Shown: positions 56,601 through 64,000 of the stretch, piece after piece | Position numbering within the stretch: position 1 is the first letter of the stretch | How the letters are laid out: the number at the start of each line of letters is the position of its first letter | Assembly (NCBI RefSeq): GCF_964355755.1 | Contig: NC_092672.1 | Span: 19,791,237-19,855,236, forward strand | Length of the DNA stretch: 64,000 nt | Origin: Antedon mediterranea | Taxonomy: Eukaryota > Animalia > Echinodermata | Reading direction: 5' to 3' | The notes under the pieces: generated by a model | The model's input: the letters and a program-made list of their open reading frames with translations, nothing else | The model's database searches: none | What the model was told of the DNA's origin: nothing | Position numbers and translations under genes: made by a program

Positions 56601-59600
56601 AATTCGTTTAAACGGATTACTAATTCGTTTGAACGAATTAGTAATTCGTTTGAACGAATTAGTAATTCGTTTGAACGGATTACTAATCCGTTTAAACAAA
56701 TTAGTAATTCGTTTGAACGAATTAGTAATCCGTTTAAACAAATTAGTAATTCGTTTGAACGGATTAGTAATCCGTTTGAACAAATTAGTAATCCGTTTAA
56801 ACAAATTAGTAATTTGTTTGAACGGATTAGTAATTCGTTCAAACGAATTACAACATATACTTTAAATGGCACTTGTTGTATATGTTGCAATTCGTTTGAA
56901 CGGATTACTAATGCGTTTGAACAGATTAATAATCCGTTCAAACGAATTACTAATTCGTTATAACGGATTACGTTCGAAAAACATATACTTAAAATGGCAT
57001 TAATGGGCTTTCGTAAAAATGCAATTCTACAAGTATTAAGAACAAATCAGTATATTTGAATTAGTAATTCGTTTGAACGGATTAATAATTCGTCTGAAGT
57101 ATATGTTTTTCGAACGTAATCCGTTATAACAAATTAGTAATTCGTTTGAACGGATTCATAATTCGTTTGAATTAAAATGCAATTCTACAAGTATTAAGAA
57201 CAAATCAGTATATTTGAAGGTAACATTATATAAATAAAAATAACAAAAAAACAATTTTACGATGTAAACTTTAATTTGTCATGAATTTATACATAAATAG
57301 TTTACCTCCGCCAAGGAGGTATATACGAAAGCCCATTATTACGAAAGTACGAAAGCCCATTAATGCCATTTTAAGTATATGTTTTTCGAACGTAATCCGT
57401 TATAACGAATTAGTAATTCGTTTGAACGGATTAATAATCTGTTCAAACGAATTAGTAATCCGTTCAAACGAATTGCAACATATACAACAAGTGCCATTTA
57501 AAGTATATGTTGTAATTCGTTTGAACGGATTACTAATCCGTTCAAACAAATTACTAATTTGTTTAAACGGATTACTAATTTGTTCAAACGGATTACTAAT
57601 CCGTTCAAACGAATTACTAATTTGTTTAAACGGATTCCTAATTCGTTCAAACGAATTACTAATTTGTTTAAACGGATTAGTAATCCGTTCAAACGAATTA
57701 CTAATTCGTTCAAACGAATTAGTAATCCGTTTAAACGAATTAGTAATTTGTTTAAACAAATTAATAATTTGTTTAAACAGATTATTAATCTGTTTGAACA
57801 AATTAGTAATTCGTTTGAACGAATTAGTAATCCGTTTAAACAAATTATTAATTTGTTTAAACAAATTAATAATTCGTTAGAACGAATTAGTAATTCGTTT
57901 GAACAAATTAGTAATCCGTTTAAACAAATTACTAATCCGTTTGAATGGATTCCTAATTCGTTTTAACAGATTATTAATCTGTTTAAACAAATTAGTAATT
58001 CGTTTGAACAGATTAGTAATCCGTTCAAACGAATTACAACATATTCTTTAAATGGCACTTGTTGTATATGTTGCAATTGGTTTGAACGGATTACTAATTC
58101 GTTTGAACAGATTACTAATCCGTTCAAACGAATTACTAATTTGTTTAAACAGATTAATAATCTGTTCAAACGAATTAGGAATCCGTCCAAACGGATTAGT
58201 AATTTGTTTAAACGGATTACTAATCTGTTTAAACGAATTAGTAATCCGTTTAAACAAATTATTAATTTGTTTAAACAAATTACTAATTTGTTTAAACGGA
58301 TTACTAATTCGTTCAAACGAATTACTAATTTGTTCAAACAGATTAGTAATCCGTTTAAACAAATTAGTAATTTGTTTAAACAAATTATTAATTTGTTTAA
58401 ACAAATTATTAATTTGTTTAAACAAATTATTAATTTGTTTAAACAAATTATTAATTTGTTTAAACAAATTAATAATTTGTTTAAACGGATTACTAATTCG
58501 TTTGAACGAATTAGTAATCCGTTTAAACAAATTATTAATTCGTTTAAACAAATTAGTAATCCGTTTAAACAAATTAGTAACGAATTAGTAATTCGTTTGA
58601 ACAAATTAGTAATCCGTTTAAACAAATTAGTAATTCGTTTGAACGGATTAGTAATCCGTTTAAACGAAATACAACATATACTTTAAATGGCACTTGTTGT
58701 ATATGTTGCAATTCGTTTGAACGGATTACTAATTCGTTTGAACAGATTATTAATCTGTTCAAACGAATTACTAATTCGTTAGAACGGATTACGTTCGAAA
58801 AACATATACTTCAAATGGCATTAATGGGCTTTCGTACATTTTAATTCAAACGAATTATTAATCCGTTCAAACGAATTACTAATTCGTTATAACGGATTAC
58901 GTTCGAAAAACATATACTTCAAACGAATTATTAATCCGTTCAAACGAATTACTAATTCGTTATAACGGATTACGTTCGAAAAACATATACTTCAAATGGC
59001 ATTAATGGGCTTTCGTATTTACCTCCTTGGCGGAGGTAAACTATATATGTATAAATTCATGACAAATTAAAGTTTACATCGTAAAATTGTTTTTTTTGTT
59101 ATTTTTATTTATATAATGTTACCTTCAAATATACTGATTTGTTCTTAATACTTGTAGAATTGCATTTTAATTCAAAATAATTTAAAACTTAATTATTACA
59201 CAGACAATTATCTGATTAATTGACTTAATTTATGAAAATATCATATCACTGACGCCAACTTTACTGTTTTTTAAAATTGAAAACCTGAAAATACATTTGA
59301 CATAGCTATTTCGCTGTCGTATACTAGGGTACAGGTAGTTGCTGTCTGCTAATCGTGGTTGTGTCTTTTTATTGGTTAAGGTTAAAATCACTGGTGCATC
59401 ACTGGATTAGAGTTATTAAATCTACACTCTACTGCCAGAGTTATTAACACCACTGGCGCGGCGTAACGTCTCTCTCACGCTAATCCGCGACCTAGTTCAG
59501 ACACAAATGTATGTACGCCGCTTACATAACGGCACCTTAACGCCGTGAGTCTGAACAAGAGAGAGTATTACGTTTCATGCCATGTGACACAAAATCCAGG

Positions 59601-62600
59601 TACACGATCCTAATTACTGTCATGTGAGAGATTGCGGTAAAACAGCCAGAGAGTATCGTGTTTCATGCCATGTGACCAAAAAAAACTAGGTCTGCATTAA
59701 TTACGTTCTTCAGTCTTTTTGAGTGACTGACTGAACGTTCTGATACTATATTTAGAAAGAATTTTGTAAGATCTTTTTTGTCTGTATCGTTTCTGGATCG
59801 ACTCAACATTCGCTATATACGAAGGTCGCACCCACCATGAATTGACACGATTTTTTTACAGTACAGTATATTTACTTGTACTTTATTTTCAAATGGCCGA
59901 TTTAACCGATTCGCGAAAGTTTCATGTCGCGAAAGTTTCTGGTTTTACAGTATTCCTTACTTTGAAATACTGTACGTAACAACTCACAAAACATGTCAAA
60001 TTACTGTTATTTTTTGCCATTTTTTTAGTGTCTATCCTTAAATTTAAGGAAAGTGATATAGCCTATCGTGTGTGGCCCCTCAATAAACATCAGCCTGCCA
60101 AATGTGAGCACGTACCGTAACATTCAGCAGCTTCGGAGGAGATACGTAAAATTACGGGAAAAGGCATTAATATATAGATTTAATTATGTATTTTCATATC
60201 TAGAGAGGATTTATTTAATTACATGTTACCATATTACATCCATAAAAATTCATTCAAAAAGCCAATTATATATTCCTATTATTACGGTAGTGTACAGTTT
60301 GAATATACAGGTAAACAGAAATATACATCAGTCAGTACCATTGTCTGATGCCTTATATACAATTTCATTTTTTTTTTTGACCAATAATTGTTCTTTAAAT
60401 ATCAACAAATTGACTTTAGTTAGATGTACAATTGAATAATAAACAGCAAGAAATATTTACTATATATGGTGTATATTTGCATATTTTTAAAATTTGATAA
60501 TGTTTATTTTGAATCAAAAATATAATATTTATTTTAATATTTTATTAGAATAGAAACTGAAAAAATTCATGCAATGTAATTATAGTATGTATCCATGAGA
60601 TTATTTAAAAACTCTATGGGATACATTGACCCACTTCCTACATGCTTAATAATGCATGTTCCGATGTCTCATCATAAAGCGTAGACTATACACCTGATTG
60701 AAAAAATAGTTTTTCATACATAATTTGTATTGAAAAACTATTCTTTTTAAATCATCAAACCCAAAGTTGTTTAATGCTGGGGTGTCTGAATTTCAAATTT
60801 ATTTAGTATTTATGTTCAAATTTATATTATTGTTATAAAACCAGAATAGGTTTTTGTTTTAGTTGAGTCTGAGTGTATATCAACTTAATATTTAAGCTTA
60901 AATAAATAAACAAAAACATTTGTTTTTAGAAAGGAGAGACACCAGAGTCTATGGTAAAAAACAATGTGGACAGCACATTCCAGTCAGAAAAAATTAAGAT
61001 TTTAAAATATTTTGACAGTGAGTAAAGTTTAATTTTATTTTTCTAAATTCTTCCTTTAAAGGACAACTTTACCGAGAAAACTCATGAGGTAGATTTTGCT
61101 AAGCACACTTTGACGTCACAGTAATTTACAGAGACGGTTGTACAGCGAGCGCGCGCGGTGATATCGTAAATCTCGCAATTGTTCTGAAATCATATGTACA
61201 TCCCTATACATTGTCAAAATATGGTTATCGGTAAAATTGTCCTTTAAAGGCCAACCAGCTAAGGTAGACTTTCAGAAATAGTTGATTATCTTTATCAGAC
61301 TTTGAACATAAAATATAACTGTGAATAGGGATGATTTAACATTTTGACATTGTTAGTTTATCTTTTTTGTTTATATGCACTTGGCAAATAACCCTTGTGA
61401 TTGTTGGGATCTTCTTTTTTTTTAATTTAATATTAGAATTAGTTCCTGCAGAGATATTTGGCAAAGGTAAAGATGCTATTAAAATATATAAAGAAGAACT
61501 TGCATCTGGTAAAATCTCAGTTGTGAATTCAAGATGTATGTTCCTGGGGAAAGAAGGTGCTGGCAAGACTAGCTGTGTAAAGGCTATGGTTGGAGAAAGG
61601 TAACAATTAAAATTATATATCTGCAGTAAAAGAATTAATTTTGATTTTGTCATAAGAGACTTCATCACCTGTTAGATTGCTATAGAGAATATTCTACAGG
61701 TTTTTTTTTGCATTTTACACAAAAATATTATAATTTGTAAATTTGTACAATACATATCTTATACTGGCAAGATTTTGTATTTTTTGAATAATTATTCTCA
61801 TTCTCATAATAGTTTACTTTGTTTCTATAGTAATCAAAATTATATTAATTCTATTCACTTCTATCAAATAAGTTCATAAGTTTGTGATAACATATACACA
61901 TAACAATAGTGTGTACACCAACAAATATATAAAAACACAATTGTAACATTGGCCCTGTTTCTGCTGCCAATCCCAAATATACCGTATAAATATACCGTAT
62001 AAATATAACGTATATGAAATTCGTGCATCGTTCCCGCTCCACATACTTCGTGGGTGGGCTGTAAAAAAGTTGGTTTCCATTACCCAAAATGCATTTCGTG
62101 AGACGGAAGTATGGATTGACCTAGAGTCTCGTGTAGTGAGGTTACATGACAAAAACAAAACAATGATGGTTTCTCAAAACGTCGTAGCATTGTTTTTTAT
62201 TTTAAATCTAATGAGCAGAAGTGGCAACGAATTTACACCGCACAAACAATCTAGAAATGTAGAATGGGCATTGACTAGATTTATGCAAAGAAGACGACGG
62301 TGTTTGCCGATAACTTTGGCGTTATTAAGTCTACCACAAATTCTGCTTTTATTTTGTTTGAGATACTTTTGTAAATCTCGGTATCTCTTCTGTTACCATG
62401 CAGTCTCCCCCCAACCTTCGCTTCTCCCCACAATTGAATTGCAAAAATAGTTATTTCTTCAGTCCACAGTGATATTTTGATCTGTTGCTTGCTTATACAC
62501 GTGTGTGTCAATGCAGCAGAAAAACCAAACAAACGCGTCACGCTCTGTTAGTTTTTGACCTCGTGTCATGGGCCGGGTCACATATACGGTATATTTTGAG

Positions 62601-63613
62601 TGCAGCAGAAACGGTTTACGAAATATACGGTATATTTTGGAATATACCGTATAATATCCACAAACGATGGGGATATTTATGCGGTATATATACCGCATAT
62701 ATATACGGTATACTTTTTATGAGACCCATTTCTGCTGCCAAAAAATATACCGTATATAAAATATACCGTATATATACAGTATATTTTTGGCAGCAGAAAC
62801 GGGGCCATTGTTATACTGACTGCAATTATACTGACTACTCTTGAAACAGCCGCTTGTTCCCTTATGTACCAAAACGTAACTTACCTATTAGATTAGTTTG
62901 TGTCCACCAATATGCAAATGTATATAAGTAGGAAACACTAGTATTTTTTACAATTCATGGTTGTCATCACTGAAAATGTAATATCCAGTTTTGTCCTGAA
63001 CAGAATGATATTTTGATTTGTTCCATCTATTTAACTTGCATATTGGGAGTTCAACTTTACTATACTTTGTTATAACAGTTTCAATTCTAAAGAACCATCC
63101 ACAGATGGCATTGTTACCACAACAGTGTTTCAATCAACTAAGAAAGATTCTGGAAAATGGAAAAAGATAAAGAATGTAAATGGTGAGATAAAGCAACTTA
63201 TACATATGTTTCAACATGGCATATAAACACATTTGTCTAAATGTTGCTAGTTTTAATATTAACATTTATTTTTTTTGTGAAACTGTGTATAATAATGCTG
63301 ATGACAGACCTACTTAAATGTGACTATACACTATATTCAATTATTATGACGTTGCACAATGGTTATACCAAAAGTGTATATTAGATATTGGATATTTTTT
63401 TCATTTAGAAAGATTTTTATTCTTCTATGCCTAATGAAATGCACACATCAAACAATTGAACTACTTTTCCTTTCTACTATTTCTTTTAAACACACCTCAT
63501 ACAACCTCTATCATAATTGTTTACCTATTTCTTGCTTTCTACAGATATGGAGATATCAAAGCAAGCCCATTCAAGTGCAATAGAAAAAAAAATTGATCAG
63601 AGGTTAGAAAAAG
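26592..63613 (+). CDS. Multi-exon ankyrin-repeat Roc-GTPase (Roco family) gene, partial. 5' end not found; the COR domain is expected beyond the window.
   Basis: Phase-compatible GT-AG exons: 26592-26690, 38281-38379, 44027-44137, (46824-46901), (50192-50269), 51220-51330, 60930-61017, 61437-61599, 63079-63182, 63545-63613. Joined, they read as ANK repeats then VPAEIFGKG..Y..ELASG..SRCMFLGKEGAGKTS..GESFNSKEPSTDGI. Confidence 0.85.
30540..31620 (-). mobile_element. Highly decayed L2/CR1 RT remnant
   Basis: Peptide FLDLSKTFDVVNHDI...YGI..FLDWFKRYFTDR at 31083-31301. Boundaries are approximate. Confidence 0.65.
32666..35363 (+). repeat. Segmental duplication, paralog of 4320-7552
   Basis: Collinear near-identity that includes the same SINE insertion. 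Confidence 0.92.
33787..34226 (-). mobile_element. 5S rRNA-headed Nin/Deu SINE (copy 2, uninterrupted, ~440 bp)
   Basis: 5S-like head at 34108-34226, a GGTTCGA remnant, the Nin/Deu-like core and a short (aat) tail. 154-bp direct repeats at 33633-33786 and 34227-34380. Confidence 0.88.
35364..36198 (+). repeat. Direct copy of intronic 41558-42358
   Basis: aactaccacactttatttcaaa...catactttgcctattatattattcttaat occurs at both sites. Confidence 0.9.
37077..37600 (+). repeat. Copy of 42775-43446 inserted between 110-bp direct repeats
   Basis: ccagacgtatatgttgaac...ctactacca occurs at both sites. The flanks 36967-37076 and 37601-37710 are near-identical. Confidence 0.9.
38281..38379 (+). CDS. Ankyrin exon (99 bp, phase 0-0)
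   Basis: tttttag|NGSTPLMKAAYNGFHEVCLVLLNKGADANQQNK|gtactt. Confidence 0.9.
39140..39307 (+). mobile_element. Nin/Deu SINE 3' fragment
   Basis: gtgcactttaaagaacctagtacatctttcgagacgagcagggggttaccccggtgt plus an (atttca)n tail. Confidence 0.55.
44027..44137 (+). CDS. Atypical ankyrin exon (111 bp, phase 0-0)
   Basis: ttccag|DGDTPLHAHLAHRYNDLTLEMVTCLINKGASVTSQNK|gtaata. Confidence 0.88.
44148..45606 (+). mobile_element. Non-autonomous Helitron (copy B)
   Basis: A|TC 5' end and the same terminal hairpin and CTAG|T as copy A, with a different central segment. Confidence 0.85.
46824..46901 (+). CDS. Shortened ankyrin exon (78 bp) or pseudoexon
   Basis: ccacag|NGNNPLHEYLINTPNPTSEIVNCLIK|gtacag. 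The position of the ancestral donor downstream is mutated. Confidence 0.55.
47187..47228 (+). pseudogene. Dead, internally deleted ankyrin exon
   Basis: The upstream intron matches that of exon 44027, but the acceptor is ttccaT. Reads DEN*DNAILASQNK|gtaagg. Confidence 0.7.
47242..48884 (-). mobile_element. 5'-truncated L1/Tx1-clade LINE
   Basis: Frameshifted ORF2 C-terminus (EGIKMPDF, LWGN, KMLHRILPTN..CDKC..HLFFSC) and an A-rich tail. 14-bp TSD GGTAAGGAACAGTT at 47228-47241 and 48885-48898. The empty site is present at 50746-50759. Confidence 0.9.
50192..50269 (+). CDS. Shortened ankyrin exon (78 bp) or pseudoexon, duplicate of 46824
   Basis: caacag|NGNNPLHEYLITTPNPTSEIVNCLIK|gtacag. An ancestral-type donor AAG|gtgata remains at 50295/50296 but is out of frame. 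Confidence 0.55.
50705..50746 (+). pseudogene. Dead, internally deleted ankyrin exon (duplicate of 47187)
   Basis: Mutated acceptor ttccaT; reads DENKDNAILASQNK|gtaagg. Confidence 0.7.
51220..51330 (+). CDS. Atypical ankyrin exon (111 bp, phase 0-0)
   Basis: ttccag|EGNTALHIYLSRGYNEPTLEIVTCLIKNCSLTILQNK|gtaatc. Confidence 0.88.
52186..52420 (-). mobile_element. SINE fragment with L2-like tail
   Basis: Reverse complement ends agcgcattgag...gcgctatataag + (tat)n. The body is shared with 7000-7182. Confidence 0.7.
54988..57015. mobile_element. Foldback-type element 1 built of 21-bp palindromic tandem repeats
   Basis: TACGAAAGCCCATTAATGCCATTTT... and its inverse ...AAAATGGCATTAATGGGCTTTCGTA. 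The interior is a mirror-symmetric 21-bp array. Confidence 0.85.
57348..59017. mobile_element. Foldback-type element 2 (with duplicated right end)
   Basis: Same TIR at 57348; inverse TIRs end at 58836 and 59017. Confidence 0.85.
60930..61017 (+). CDS. Ankyrin-capping/linker exon (phase 0-1)
   Basis: tttttag|KGETPESMVKNNVDSTFQSEKIKILKYFD|gtgagt. Confidence 0.8.
61060..61243. mobile_element. Kolobok-like MITE
   Basis: TTAA|aggacaactttaccga ... tcggtaaaattgtcct|TTAA. Confidence 0.75.
61437..61599 (+). CDS. Roc GTPase exon with P-loop (G1)
   Basis: LVPAEIFGKGKDAIKIYKEELASGKISVVNSRCMFLGKEGAGKTSCVKAMVGE, phase 1-2. An alternative in-phase acceptor exists at 61443. Confidence 0.9.
61946..62811. 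mobile_element. TA-flanked MITE with ataccgtat subterminal repeats
   Basis: TA|acattggccctgtttctgctgccaa ... ttggcagcagaaacggggccattgt|TA. Confidence 0.75.
63079..63182 (+). CDS. Roc exon with switch I (G2) motif
   Basis: aacag|(S)FNSKEPSTDGIVTTTVFQSTKKDSGKWKKIKNVN|gtgaga, phase 2-1. Confidence 0.88.
63545..63613 (+). CDS. Following exon (69 bp, phase 1-1; insertion within Roc)
   Basis: ctttctacag|(D)MEISKQAHSSAIEKKIDQRLEK|gtaggc. Confidence 0.7.
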
Positions 63614-64000
63614 GTAGGCACACCCTAAGCAATTAAAAAATGTTCAACATCTAACTAATGTTCCCATTGTTTTATTATTTTTATTTATTTATTTATAAAC
63701 ATAATTATTTAAAATGAATACAATTTTCATTAAATATAATGTTCTGACAAATGATTCATGTAAAGATAATAATTGAGAAATACTTTTAACAATACATATC
63801 CATTTTGTTTTGGCTTATAGAACATATGATAAAAAGTGCTTATTTAAATAATTCATTATTATATAAAGAAAAAGACATCACAATTAACATAATTATTGTT
63901 AAAATTGTTCTTTTTTTAAAAGAAGATTTGTATTCTAGTATAAATTTATTAAAAATTCTGCATTGTATTTATGTTTGAAGATTTTGTACATGGCAGCCTC

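Larger units (their letters stand above)
53574..59040 (-). mobile_element. HINE/DINE-like element(s) hosting the foldback arrays
   Basis: The end actagaaagccactcggagagtgcatacctccgcc (53574) pairs with acctccttggcggaggtaa (59021-59039). A second HINE end with (caaa/cata)n and a cttggcaa...ttgccaag stem lies at 54841-54961. ~230-bp internal direct repeats at ~53780 and ~54435. Confidence 0.6.
53424..59556. mobile_element. Harbinger-like MITE split by nested insertions
   Basis: taa|gggtaggttcagactcatggcgttaa ... ttaacgccgtgagtctgaac. Confidence 0.6.
52720..59952. mobile_element. TA-flanked Tc1/mariner-like MITE (outer shell of a nested cluster)
   Basis: tattgtaaaaccagaaactttcg (52720) is the inverse of cgaaagtttctggttttacagta (ends 59952). 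Confidence 0.65.

Noticed and set aside
55062-58762. Many overlapping ORFs with heptad-like peptides (FKRITNL / LLIRLNE)
   Set aside because: They arise because the 21-bp palindromic repeat lacks stops in some frames. The same peptides appear on both strands, so these are not LRR or coiled-coil genes.
54988-59017. CRISPR-like repeat/spacer appearance
   Set aside because: Eukaryotic context, no cas genes, contiguous repeats, and the 'spacers' are near-identical copies of each other.
61437-61599. Naming the gene LRRK1/LRRK2, DAPK1 or MFHAS1
   Set aside because: No LRR or kinase exons are seen and the sequence does not show recognisable orthology. Only Roco-family membership is supported.
61851-62844. 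Cluster of 78-126 aa ORFs
   Set aside because: They lie inside a MITE within a Roc intron and show no protein motifs.

Overview
AT-rich eukaryotic genomic DNA from an animal, probably a marine invertebrate (inferred from spliceosomal introns and Nin/Deu-domain SINEs). The main gene is on the + strand and the ORF track mostly misses it. It is a spliced ankyrin-repeat + Roc-GTPase (Roco-family) gene running from at least 26592 to beyond the window end. Each ankyrin repeat is a separate phase 0-0 exon (26592, 38281, 44027, 46824, 50192, 51220). A capping exon (60930) follows, then Roc exons with the P-loop GKEGAGKTS (61437-61599) and the G2 motif STDGI (63079-63182). The ankyrin exon array shows turnover: a tandem duplication, dead exon copies, a frameshifted exon possibly rescued by a new donor, and paralogous exons that differ almost only at non-synonymous sites. 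The introns are a patchwork of local duplications and transposons: a young RT-LINE with a long open ORF, CR1/L2/Tx1 fragments, a 5S-rRNA-headed Nin/Deu SINE with a 154-bp target duplication, Helitrons, HINE/DINE-like elements, MITEs, and a ~4-kb nested foldback array made of a doubly palindromic 21-bp repeat. The start codon and the COR domain were not identified in the window. All calls come from manual reading; no database searches were run.
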